From: Conidiobolus incongruus B7586
Taxonomy: Eukaryota
Assembly (NCBI GenBank): GCA_000697335.1
Contig: JNEM01011498.1
Coordinates: 1-36,279 of the forward strand
Reading direction: 5' to 3'
DNA: 36,279 bases
In this document: positions 23,380-36,279 of the stretch, one piece after another
Layout of the letters: every line of letters starts with the position of its first letter
How positions within the stretch are numbered: the stretch's first letter is position 1
Position numbers and translations under genes: made by a program
Notes under the pieces: generated by a model
What the model was told of the DNA's origin: nothing
Database searches by the model: none
What the model saw: the letters and a program-made list of their open reading frames with translations, nothing else

Positions 23380-26091
23380 ATTTCATAATATTAGCATTTG
23401 CTCACTTTATTATCATTTAACCAATACATCTAACAGTTATAGCTGGTTTTTACTACAATATATAAAATCTCTAAAATCAAATTATATTTAATTTATATTT
23501 TAAATATTCATTCATAAAAAAATTCGTAAATCTCAAATAACTACTTTAATCCTATAACTAAAGTTATTCATTCAATTGATGATTATAAACTCAAAAGATA
23601 CTGCTTAATTTTTCATATTTTATAGTTCTAATTTATTTATTAATCAATTTAAATAATTTTAATAGCTATCTGAAAAACAACTAAAAATATGAAGATTAAT
23701 AATGTTTAGATATAGTTAATTGATCTATTGAGCCTTCATTTCTAAAATATGATGGCTCAATAATCTTGAGTATTTTTATTTTGAATTGAGTTTGAATGAA
23801 CAATAGCTTAATAAGCTGTAACCAAAAATGAATTCCATATAGAATATATTTGGAGGTATGAATATTTTATACTAATTAAGTCAATATTTAAAGTTTATAT
23901 AGGACATTCTTTACAATTTTACTAGTGAATATTTTATGATTATTATTAACTTATTTTAAATAATATCTTTTTTTAAATAGAAATAAAATCCCATTAAAAT
24001 AATTTTCAATTTATTCAACCTTAACTATTTAAAACTCCTCTTATATATAATAAATGTAACTTAACATATAATAAATATATATTTATAAATATCAGATAAA
24101 AAATATGTGAAACAAATATTTGATATATAAATTGAGATCAATCTAACCAAAATATATCCATAATATAATAATATTTTGATATTGTTAATTATATATTATT
24201 ATTTTCAAAAAATATGAAAATATATGATTATATGTTTAAAGTTTATATTCTAGTTTTAAATTTAGTTTTTTTAATTTTTATACATCAAGATATTTGAACA
24301 TTATTATTACTTTTATGTTATGATTATAATATTTCTGAGAATTAATAATAATAATAATAATTACAAAACATTTTAAGAATAAGAAACAAAAATTATTACA
24401 TATTAGAATAAATTTATGAATTCAATATTAAGACAAATTTTATTATGATAGATTTTCAAACTGAATAATAAATATAATAAATAATTATTTTTGAAATACC
24501 ATAGTTAAAACCTTTAATTCTTGTTAAAATTTCAACTACTAATCAACTCCCAATATATTTAACAATAAATATCTAAAAATAACCCAATATTAACAAATTC
24601 ATTAATGCTCAATAAATCAATAAACAAATTTAAATCCCTAAGTTGTGTAAATTAACATGAAGATTGGTAATTTAGTTCAAAGAATTGTAAAATAAATTTT
24701 ATTTTTAGATTTTAAAGCCAAGAAAATTTCGGAATTAATAAAAATACTTTATTTTCAAATTTTAATTTTAATAGGTTGTAGAGTATTTTTATAGTATTAT
24801 TATGATTTATTATCTGTATTAATAATTGGTTCAAACTGTAAGATATTAATGGATCGCTTTACAACTATTCTTTGATTAGAAATTTTAATAGAGATTAACT
24901 ACTTGGATTATTACATCTATATTATATTACTAAAATCAAATAGAAATATGAGCTATACGATTCAATAATTCAATATATAATTTTTAACTTATATCCAAAA
25001 TACTCCCAACAATAATATAATAACTAACTCAATTGTATTATACATTTCACTATATGTTTGATCCAACTTTCAAATTAACTAAAATATATACGATTTTTAT
25101 TAATATTAAATTTTTCAAATTTACACTAAAATTCAAACCAATTGATTATTTTGTAATTATAACTGTTAAATGATTTTAAATTAATTTTATCAATTGATGT
25201 TATATCTCTTTATTAAAATTATATAAATAGAGTATTTTTATATTATTAAAAATCTTAAAAAATCATAACATCTAGTTAAAATAAACTTATCAATATTACT
25301 ATATACAAAATATCAATATTAGTAAATTTAGCTTTTTTGAATTTTTACCCCATTTGATTGGTTGGAAAATTTCCTTAATATCAGAAATCAAATATTAATA
25401 AAATTTTAATTAATTATCTGAGATTTGGGCGCAATTATTGATGTTTTATATTGGGTCTTTTTTGATTGATGATGATTATTATATTAATTCATTATAGTGT
25501 CATAGTATGTTTTTTATTTAAACATTATGGATAAAAATTTAGTTCTTAGATAGTGATGAGAGAATTTTTAATGAAATCAAAATGATATCATTTCAAGGAA
25601 ATAAAAAAACACAATTAGTAAAAATTAGCTAAATGGTATTTTGGTTTATATAAAAATAATATACAATATTGTTAAAATTTTAAATATAGGATGTATAGTA
25701 ATATAATAAGTTTGATAGTTAAATAAATTGGATTTTGTGGAATGTTAATATTGGATGTGATCCTCTACTGAGTTAGTAATTTGAGCGAGTCGAGTGATGG
25801 TGATGGTTAGTGGATGTGTTTGATTCATATAAACAAATGTTACAGCTGAGATCGATTATGGAAATTTAGGAGAATTTGTGAGAGATAGCTGAATTGAAGT
25901 AAGTGATGACTATACCAAGTTTCAATATAATTCTAAGTATTAAATTTTTCATGATGATAATGATATGCGAGGTTGTGAGGATTCGAAATTTTTCTCATAT
26001 AGCAGGGTTCCTCAAATCCAAATTATCCCATTCATTTAACATATCCCTCAGTCTCATAGGAACCGTTTTGAGAAAAAGATTCATATGCTTT

Positions 26092-26892
26092 TCATGCGGA
26101 TGGCTGGATCAGTAGTTTCGGGGAATGGCTATACATGCCACGATACATGGCAATTTGGAACGTGTACATCGACTCTCTCTCGCCAGCGGAGAGCCGTTCC
26201 TCGCGATCGAGGCAAGATGAAATACACTGCAACGAGGCGTCTAATAGCTTTTGTTGAAGGTGGACAGGGATGCGATGGGGTGGAAGTTGGTTTAAGGCAT
26301 AAAATACTGAGTAGCAGGTTTCTCTAACTCCGTTAGCTCTGGGATTTAGCTGACTCTGTTGCACGAGTCTCAGAGCTTCGTTCATATATTTCATTCTTTC
26401 AGGACCTGCTGGTAGAAGTTTGAGGATAAAGAACCAAGTAAACAGACGATCTGAGATCGCTTGAAGTAGATAAGGAATCGTTTCTGAATATTGAGGTGTT
26501 AATAAAGGAGTAAATACATCTTTCTCAAGTTGTATCATCATGAACTTGGTACGATTCTGCCATATTGTTTCGGGGAAAAAGTCTGAAAAGTTTTCAGTTT
26601 GAGTAGAATGCTGCTTTTTAACAGTTTGAACCGCTTTGACAAAGCTAACATGAGTTGGGGGTGGCGAAGGTGGAGCAGATAAAGAAGAGCAAGATGAAGT
26701 GGGTGTGATGGGGAGGTGGGCAGTGGGTTCGGGGGCTTCGTGAGCCTTTTGAACAGAAGGTCTCTTTTTGGGTAGAGGGGGACGGGCACAAGATTGGGAC
26801 CTTCTCAAAGAAGACTTATCTCCACTAAAGACAGGATCATTCTTATTTTTTTTGTGGAATAAATCGGTGAATCGATTGGTCAAGTTGAGCAT
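26092..26892 (-). CDS. Hypothetical protein (266 aa; Pro/Ser-rich N-terminus, helical C-terminal region)
   Basis: Intronless ORF with coding-like GC content against AT-rich flanks. The first in-frame ATG is at 26892. No family recognised. Confidence 0.8.
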   Translation of the reverse strand: MLNLTNRFTDLFHKKNKNDPVFSGDKSSLRRSQSCARPPLPKKRPSVQKAHEAPEPTAHLPITPTSSCSSLSAPPSPPPTHVSFVKAVQTVKKQHSTQTENFSDFFPETIWQNRTKFMMIQLEKDVFTPLLTPQYSETIPYLLQAISDRLFTWFFILKLLPAGPERMKYMNEALRLVQQSQLNPRANGVRETCYSVFYALNQLPPHRIPVHLQQKLLDASLQCISSCLDREERLSAGERESMYTFQIAMYRGMYSHSPKLLIQPSA

Positions 26893-29564
26893 ATTAGTGA
26901 AGTATAAAAGTATATAGAGCAAGATTTAATACTTGTATATAAATAAGGTTGCTATGCCAATATAATTAGAGCAGGAGAGAAAGTGTATTAAATGGAATAA
27001 ATGCTAAATGAATATGTAGGGGTTTATAGACTAGAAGTACACTGTACTAAACTATTTAAGAACTAGAAAGGGGTAAACAGAAGACTCCAATAACAAGAAT
27101 AATCCAATATATTAATTGAATAGAGAAGTGGCCAAATATAGCAGGAGAAAGTTTAGTAGATGATTGAATGAATTGGATGGATAGCTAAGTTATTTATACT
27201 CCTCTTAATTGATCAGATTGAGTTGGATAATGTTAGTGAAACGTTCAATTAACACTTGTTCATAATCTGATTCACCATGATAGTCCCCATTTTACAAATT
27301 AAATTCTTGAATTTGTCTTAAACTTTCTAAATTTGGAATTATAGAATAATGCCGTAAAGATGAAATAATGATTCATTATTAGAACACATATTAGTAATCC
27401 CAATCTATTGATTAAATAATTCAAACATGAATCTTCTATACAAAACAGCATTCCAAATATTTAGGTATATAAATAAAATGATATTGTATAATGTTAATAA
27501 ATTCTTGTTATTTAAGAAAATATTGTCTCATTATATGAAAGTTTAACAAACTCATAAAGTTTAAAATAGCTTGATAACTGATAATTTGCAATCTACTATT
27601 TCCCATTCAAAATTTTATTCTGAATTAGGAATTTAGTTATTGTATAAACTTTAAAAATTTTTGCAATATCTTATTTTGGATGATACAGTTTGAATGATTT
27701 AGACGTAATAAAGCCATTGGCTAAATTGAGCACCATTTTATTTATTTGAAAATTAATCAGTAGCAATTGTTACTGATTATTCCCGAAACAGTCATATGAA
27801 TCACCCTCTCAGTTCTTATCAATTTGACCATAATTACCCTGTCAATCCAACTTCTATTACTCTTTTTTCTTCCAATACTTATTGATGTAACCAGATAAAT
27901 AATCATCATCCGAGTTGATCTATCTTATTATCTTTTATATTACCATATATGAACTCTATTAATATATTTATTAATAATAATCCTAATACTGTTAAAAGAT
28001 TGAATAAATAGACTAGTACCTGCATATGAAGTCTGAAAATTCTTTTAAAACTACTAATTTTCAACCAATCTAACCAAGAATCAACTAAAATGTGACACTT
28101 GAATAGACAGTCAATTTTCATTAACTTTATCCAGTTAATCGATATTTATTAAAGTAAACAGTAGTAATCATTTTTTGTAGTAAACAAAATAAACTTCTAA
28201 AACTTTTAATTTTATTTAGAATATTGTTTGGACAGTTGTCATAAGATTCAAATTAAAAAAATTTTATGATTATCTTTAATTTCTTTTGAAGGGAGTATTA
28301 ATAGATGACGGCAATATAATTATGTCAAACCCTGCAGTATTTTTATTCTCGAAACATTGAAATCAAATCATTATAAAGCATATACCGACATTAAAATTAA
28401 TATTCAATACACCAATTATATAGTCTAATTAACGAACACGTTTTATATTATATTAAAGTAATAATTTTTAATTTTATTTAGAAAAAGAATCATAGCGGAA
28501 AATTAATTTTTGAAAAAATTTCAAAAAAAAATTACAGTATTAGGTTATTCAAATTGATTAGATTTATTGTTTTATATGAATATTTAAGGATTTGATAGTA
28601 AAATTATCAAGTTAATAGTTTAATATAAGAATCTAGAATAACGGTAAATATTAAACTTATCTTCAAAAGTACATTTTATCATTTTATATTATTATATACA
28701 GTTGATATTTTATTTCCATAGTAGCGTTGCTAAACTAATTATTTTAACTTATACTGGTATCTTGGCTATTATAATGCATAGAATATTATCTAAATAACTC
28801 ATAGAAAATAATGGCATATCGTATTATTTTTACAACAAGCTCCGATTAATAAATAATTAACCAAACCACTACAATTGGTAAGCATTAATTCAATATTGTT
28901 ACATTATTAAATTTACCACCAGAGTGCATTGGTTACTAGTTTGGCTAAAATTCTCAACGATTAAATATTAATTAAATTAATTAATAATGTGATTGTTTGC
29001 GCTTAGCAGATTGATTCTACTTTAGTATTGGTAAAATTACAATTAAGAGAGTTATTAAGGACTAATTTCAAGATGTATATATTGACGCTAATGGAACCTA
29101 GTTTTGGGATGGCTGGAAATCCTTTAATAGCAAGTTTGATTACATATTTATTAATCTGTATGATAGTTAGTGATTGCTTTTAAACAAATTTATACATATT
29201 CTTCAATATATTGAATCTAAAAACAATAATCATACTTTGAGTTTGTAATGATCAGTTATGATATTTTCAAAATATAAGTCAATATTAAAATTATAAACTT
29301 ATTTAGTTTACTTATTTTTTGTGAGAATAGTAAATTTTCAAAATCAGATTTTATAACATAATAATTAAAGTGCCTAATATTAATATCATTTTTAACTTTA
29401 TATTGATTAATATTATAATATACTTAATATTTAAAATAGTTTTTATTTGTATTTGATAATATAAAAGTTTAAACAACCCATAAATTTTAATAATCTTCTA
29501 AATAAGATAAAATCAGTAATTAATTGCATCACAATTTATTATTGCTCCAAATAAATGAATCAAA

Positions 29565-30658
29565 ATGACTCAGAAAACTCAGTTTAGACCGTGCATAGAT
29601 TTACACGAAGGTCAAGTTAAACAGATTGTAGGTGGAAGTTTGAATAGTAAAGATCAAGAGTTGAAGACTAATTTTGTATCATCGTAATATATCATATATA
29701 ATCTTTCAGTGTATATTATTAATGAATTCAATATAGCCATCCTCCCAGTTATTTTGCTCAAATTTACAAGGATTTGAAATTGGAAGGTGTCCATATTATT
29801 AAATTGGGTCCTGGCAATGACCAAGCGGCTGAGGAAGCTTTGAAAGTGTGGCCAGGTATTCCCAATAGTCTCCTATGAGAATTCTTATTTATTGTGCTTT
29901 AGGTCATTTTCAACTTGGTGGTGGCATCAATCTTGATAACTGCTTGGAATGGATTGATAAGGGAGCTTCTAAGGTAACATTAATATGATTATGCGATCAA
30001 TATATTATTAATATATTATCAATTAGGTTATTGTCACTAGTTGGCTATTTCCCAATGGTCAATTCTCAATTACCAACCTTAAATGTTTGAGCGAAAAAGT
30101 CGGTAAAGATAAATTAGTTGTTGACATTAGGTAAAACGACACAAGTTATAAGTAGTTAACTATGGTCTAATGAGTTGATATAGCTGTCGCAGAGTGAATA
30201 ATGAATGGGTGATTGCTATGAATAAATGGCAAACTTTAACAGATCTCAAAGTCAATTTAGAAACTATCCAATTGTTTGAAAATTACTGCAGGTAATTCAT
30301 TTATATTTCATCAAATTACATATGATTAAGGTCATTATTAGTGAATTTTTGGTCCATGCTGCAGATGTTGAAGGCTTGTGTCAAGGTATTGATCAAGAAC
30401 TGGTTACTAAACTTGGTGAATGGGTTTCCATTCCTACTACTTACGCTGGAGGTGGTAAATCCATTGATGATTTAGACCTTGTTCAAAAATTATCCAACGG
30501 CAAAATTCATTTAACGCTTGGAAGGTATTGGTTTATATTTACAGTATTAGACCACATAACTGATATTTGTATAATATAGTTGTTTAGATATATTTGGAGG
30601 TAATTTGGTGAAATTTGAAGACGCTGTCAAATGGAATCAAAAAAATTTACAAAATTAA
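29565..30658 (+). CDS. HIS6: ProFAR isomerase (HisA), histidine biosynthesis
   Basis: Seven exons: 29565-29683, 29737-29855, 29903-29973, 30027-30130, 30184-30291, 30342-30524, 30580-30658. Motifs [58 protein letters not shown] and LDIFGG. Confidence 0.97.
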
Positions 30659-31163
30659 TATTTAAGTGAATAAAATGGTACATGATGATATTCAACTAAC
30701 ATTTACTAAAATTAGAATATAATAAAATGATGAAAATACTATTACAGCTAATATTTGGAAGAATGTATTTATTACTATGATTGATGTAATTTAATTATAT
30801 TAACTATTAAAATTATGTATTTTATATTTGATTAATTTAAGCAATTGAAATATCTCAATTTATAAATATTTGAAAATAATTTAATTTTCGAGATTATAGT
30901 GATAAGTATCAAACCTGATACGCTGATGATCTGAATTCAATTCCCAGTTGAACTAAATTTAATATTTTAATCCATTAAAATTATTTATAAAACGTTCCCA
31001 TAAATTATACCGCTCTAATTTATATTAAATTATTTGAATAAATCCGATCACATTTTGCATTTATAATAATTTTAAGATATTATGAACAATCACTCTAATT
31101 TATGATCACCAACCAATCAATTTAAATATTATTAGATTATTTAATTTTAAAATTTGTATATAA

Positions 31164-33330
31164 ATGGAATCTAATGAGAGAAAGTCATCTACTTCAAACT
31201 TGAATAGACCCGAAGTTTTGGCCCTAATAGTGTTAGAGAATAGCAGTGCCGTTGGGCTACATTTGGATAGTATTAGGAAACAATATTTAATTCCTATTAT
31301 TGAGTAAGTTTATATCATTGATATTGCGATTTAATTTATTCATAGTCCAATAGACAGTTAAAAGCACCTGTTATTGTTCCTAGCCAGAATTCGGATGTTA
31401 AGACGAAATTGAGAGTAATTTTAAAATATTAAAATTCTATACACAAATTAAGTTTAACAATTTGTAGCCAATTCTTCAACTAGGTTTAATCCTATATCAA
31501 GATTACCAATCCCACCTAAGTCAAGTAGTTACCAGTTCAGGACCCACAGTAGATATGATTCAATTCATCAAAGTTTTAAACAATACAAAATTACAGGGAA
31601 AGGGCTTTTACAGTACACCTGTAGCGGAAGGCTTGATGGGAGCTGTTGAATTTTATGATAATTATATACCTCCGAATCAGGTGGACGCTTTTCATGTGAT
31701 ATTAGTTAGTGGTTCATTTCCTACGAATCAAACGGTGAATTGTAATCATCATCACGACTATGACAATATTTCTATTAATGATGTATGCGATCATTTAAAA
31801 CGAAGAAAATGTCAATTGTCTATAATTAGTTGTAAAAAAGGTCTCAATTCGCTATTTAATTTAATGAATTTGGTGAATGATCCAGCTACTGTAGTTGAGG
31901 ATTGCAGTAATTTACATGATACTAATTTCGTGGTGAAGTTAGCTGGGATCAAATTTCCTCATGAGAAACAGAATGAAAGTGATACAGTGGTTAAGTCTGC
32001 TATCACTCGCAAAGACTCTACTAATGAAGTTAAAGGTTCTGACGCTAAATCTGGCAATGAAACGAAACCAGAGGAGCCTAATAAAACTAAAATGCCTAAA
32101 ACACCACTTAAATCTGGCGATTTATTGGGAAGCTTTTTGGAAACTCAAGCACTCGAAAGTAAGCCGAGCAAAGATGATCTCATGGATTTTTTAGAATCAC
32201 AAGATTTATTGCAAAATCCTATGGCTACTACTCAAGCAGAGAATCCAATCTCTGTGTTGAATGAGGACCTTGTCAAACCATTGACCAAATCACCGCAAGA
32301 AATGGATGCTAAACCACAAACACCTAAGAACCCCGTTGCAACAACTGCTCCCGCTGCTGCTGTGCCTGTGTCAATGAACACTACCACAGCAAATACTGTC
32401 CCACAAGCCAAAGAAGGGCCCAAAGTCCAGGCAACTCCTTCTACAATTATCAATACAACGTCCGAAACGGCTTCAGCTGCCTTGCCAGTCCAAAAGACTT
32501 CACTGCCAATTTCGGCACCTCAAACTATACCTGCGCATTTACTATCTCAGCCATCAAAACCCATGGTAGTAAACCCTCAAGTTGGTATTATATGGAATGG
32601 TATTGTTTCATGGCCAAATGAGCATAATCAAGCAGTGCCCAACGCTTGTCCTATAGCAGCTATCCCACTCCCAGGTGCTCAAGGGCCTGTGCCTATAGAA
32701 CGTTACAAGGTAAAGATGTGGCCACCTACATGGACCATCAGCCGCTTTATGCCACTGATGCTAGAGTGGTGGAAAGGCCAAGTACAGATGTTCGGCATTC
32801 CCTGCGTAAATCTCGTACCTCCTCCCAACAACACCAATCCTGAAATTCTCATGAAGTACCAGACATTTTTAAAATTCCTAGAGTTTAGTGGAAGTGTGGG
32901 CGTCGTTCAATTCCTCGACAGTGGTATGTCGTCCTATGGGATTGTCATATTGTCCCATTCCAACCTGTTAACAGGTCTTGTGTTCTTAAATAACCCAATA
33001 CCCACAATACAAACGAATCCCATGATACAGACACAACCGATAGTAACACCAGAGGCGATCCAACTACGCAATACGATACTATCACAATTACCACCTCAAC
33101 AACAGCTGCAGCTACAGCAGAACCCACAACTGATGCAGCAATACATGCTACAATATCTCAACAGACTGAATGCAGCGCCTAATATGATGAATATGAATAT
33201 GAATATGAACCAATTTAATGCTACTAACAATCCCAACGATGTGAATAATATGTCAATGGCTATGAATAATTCAATGGCTCTCAATTTGAATAATTTAAAT
33301 CAAATGAATAATAACCCTAATCAAAAGTGA
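31164..33330 (+). CDS. MED25: Mediator subunit 25-like protein (vWA domain + ACID/PTOV-like domain + Q/N/M-rich tail)
   Basis: Exons 31164-31303, 31354-31414, 31468-33330 splice in frame. vWA motifs LIVLENSSAVGLHLDSIRKQYLIPIIE, FIKVLNNTKLQGKG..VAEGLMGAVEFYD, HVILVSGSFP and LSIIS. ACID-like IIWNGIVSW..CPI..WP..GLVF. Confidence 0.8.
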
Positions 33331-34508
33331 TTTGAATTAATAAATGTTTTAATTTATTGTTTTGATTGTTAAATAACTTGAGTATTTGAATATTTATTGT
33401 TAAATTAAAAATATCAAGCTATTTTGATCTATTTGTATATTTAGCGGCATATCACATTGTAATGGATTCACAATCCAATTCTAAACCAGTATCTCTGAAG
33501 ACTAATCGATTTTCTACACGACTTAATCAAGGATTCGATATTTTTTTTATGATTGAACTCTTCTCTTTTAATGTCATTAAAAGTTCAATATATTTTCTTA
33601 ATTATGATAATGTTGATTATGGTTACAATTATAAGAAAATGAAATTACATATCATTTAATATAGTCACATCATTCATTTATTCTTGAGATGCATAATATT
33701 GATGATGTCAACGGTTAAAATTAAGATTCTTCAATTTCGAATATTTGTTAAATAATGGCTATTTTCTATTTATAAATTGTTTCAAAATCTTATAATAAAT
33801 TTGAAATAATCAATAGGTAGTTTAGTTTTAATATAATATATTTATAATAAAACTTAAATAATTATGAAAAAGAAATATAATTTCCAAATTTATAATCTAT
33901 TCAAAAATATTGAACCAATAAACGTATTTTATTTTAATTTTTGTTATTGATAATAATGATTAAAATATTATAAATGATAAATAATTGCGCTTTTCAGATG
34001 TCAAAAAATTATAAAATAGAATGAATACAATGAAATGAAAAGTAGTCTTAGATGATATTAATTGGATTATATTTACTAAAATAAATTTTATTTTATAAAA
34101 ATATTTGCTAAAATAGGTATTATTTTATACTAAGTAAATAATCGATGACTCATTGTTAAAATAAAATATAATTTGTAAATTATTAAGTCAAAAAGTAAAA
34201 AATAGTCTGTCTAGAAGTTATCAAAACCAAATAAATTTTAAAATGATTAAGCTTAAAACTTGATTTCAAATTGGAACATCAGAGACTTCATCAAGTGGTA
34301 TAATCAAAGTGATGACGAAGATAGATGGAAGCAAATAAAATAAATCCAGTTTAAATCAAGCATGAAGATAATAAATACTAATGAGAATTGACAAAATTAG
34401 TAATAATAAAACAAGTATAAAAAGTACAGATTGATAAGAATTGAAAAATTTAGAGATATAAACCTTTGTAAAGAAATTTTGATTCATTGTTGAACTAATT
34501 CAAAGAAA

Positions 34509-34760
34509 TTATTGAGATTCATAAGCAGCAACTTCAGCTTGAATATCACCGTCGAACTTGGGAGCTTCGGGAGGAGTAGGGAGTTTGAATTCCTTAACTT
34601 GACCAACTTCGGATTCCTTAACAGGAGCGGGCTTGTAGTTCTTGAGTTCTTTGAGATATAAACTCAAGATGGCATCGGGCTTAGCGGTGCTGGAAGCGAA
34701 ACGGGTTTGAACGCGGTTAAAAGTTCTGGCACTGGTGCGGATGAGGTTCAAAGTGTACAT
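34509..34760 (-). CDS. ATP14: Mitochondrial ATP synthase subunit h
   Basis: 83 aa from the ATG at 34760. Arg/Ser/Thr-rich presequence, then DAILSLYLKELKNYKP..GQVKEFKLPTPPEAP..EVAAYE. Confidence 0.9.
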   Translation of the reverse strand: MYTLNLIRTSARTFNRVQTRFASSTAKPDAILSLYLKELKNYKPAPVKESEVGQVKEFKLPTPPEAPKFDGDIQAEVAAYESQ

Positions 34761-36279
34761 TTTTTTAATTATTTTATTTATCAATACGAGTACGTTATGA
34801 TGAGTTTTTAATTTGGTTTACTATTGGAAATATTTCAAATACATTTATTGTGCTTTGTATTATGGGATTCTTATCTAAAATGAATTTAATTTTTATTCTA
34901 TTTGGATTGAAACCAAATGAATATACCATATTTATACTAATATATATCATTTGAATCAATATAAATTACATATTAATATAAAAATGAAAATATCGATTTT
35001 TAATTATATTCATCAATAAATTATAATGTCTAAGAAAACAATTTCAATTCCAATGTATTACTCATTAGTTAAAAGAATCAAATTTTATAATTTTCGAAAG
35101 TGAGCATGACATTCATTATAAGATAGCCAAGTTAAATATATAAAGTTGTATTTAACAGTTTTAAGTTAGTAATCGAATTAAAAACTAATATATAGTCTAT
35201 AAAAACTGCTAGTTGGTTTAATTAAGCAATATATTTTTAACAATTTTGGTCCTTGCAATGATATTTCATCTTGTAAAGTAAATAGTTGAAAAATAAATTC
35301 AATATTGAATAGATCAAATACAAATCAAGTTTAATCAATACTACCTAAAATCAGTTTCTATTGTATACTCTTTTTACTATTTAGCTTACAGATTATCTAC
35401 TATTTTTTACTATATCAAAATGAGAAAACCCTTAGATATATTTACCAATAAGGAACATAATGTAAATATATTAATTATCTTATTTTTTGGATAATTGTTA
35501 AATATTACCTTGATTTATAATAATGAGAAATTTTTTAATTTCTGATTTCTCAAACATATCATAAATTTTAAATAAACAAATATATATAAAATAAATAAGA
35601 AATTATATAGTTTTAAATTATAAATATATATATATAATAACTTTTTTGATTTAAATATTAACTTTTTAAAATTAGTTGTTTAATTTAATTATACTTAAAC
35701 CAAATAATAATCATCAAAAGTTTTTTTTAGTATTAATAAAACTTAACCATAAACTATCTAAAATTATTTAAAATTTACATGTAGCTTTTGATAATAAATT
35801 ATTATTCAAATTAACTGTTTATTATTAATTAAATTATCTTAAAGTTAAGTGAGAAATTATTTAAAATATGTTAAAATTTAAATAATTAATTTTAACTGTT
35901 ATTTTTTATTATTAATAAAGTATATAAATATATTAAAAAATAACTTTTTATTTTAGTTAAAGAATTATTTAATTACTTTAATATTAGTTTTACAAGTATA
36001 TTATATATATTAAAGCTTAACCTCAAATTAATAAATAAAATTGTTTAATAATAACTCTATAACTTAATTAAAGTTTAAAAAAAGTTAAAATAACTATTGT
36101 TAAATAAAACTTTCCAAAATATTAATAGAAGCTTAAATTTTTACAATGAATAATTATAATTAATGCATTTCTAAACTAACTATATATTTTTTTATTAAAA
36201 TGCAAATTAAAATATTAGATTAAATTAAATTAACTTTTTTATAAACCTTTTTAAAAAAATATTTTATTAATAAATAAGT

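Noticed and set aside
19736..31467. Minor (U12-type) introns in SRP72, CBC2, HIS6 or MED25
   Set aside because: All inferred donors are ordinary GT(A) sites; none shows the RTATCCTT consensus.
34260..34335. TGATGA/CTGA words suggesting a C/D snoRNA downstream of ATP14
   Set aside because: Box spacing is too short and I could not identify an rRNA-complementary guide. Probably 3' UTR.
1..36279. CRISPR array, tRNA or rRNA genes
   Set aside because: No regularly spaced repeats, cloverleaf with A/B boxes, or rRNA-conserved sequence seen by eye.

Overview
Very AT-rich eukaryotic genomic DNA with short (~50-70 nt) GT-AG introns. Gene content and intron style suggest an early-diverging fungus, possibly Entomophthoromycotina/Conidiobolus-like (inference). 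Recognisable genes are a GH18 chitinase with a CBM19 module followed by a tandem pseudogenised copy, CDC24 (Rho GEF), a LYAR-type zinc-finger protein, a JTB-like membrane protein, SRP72, CBP20/CBC2, an orphan ORF, HIS6, a MED25-like Mediator subunit and ATP synthase subunit h. The apparently empty region at ~13.98-15.66 kb holds a decayed IS607-family element that the ORF track misses. It has a TnpA remnant (MerR-like HTH plus serine recombinase), then a TnpB/Fanzor2 RNA-guided nuclease remnant, then a hairpin-rich candidate omegaRNA/right end. A GC-elevated island at ~17.73-18.06 kb folds extensively by hand and looks like an unannotated minus-strand ncRNA. All family assignments come from motif recognition by eye; no database search was run.
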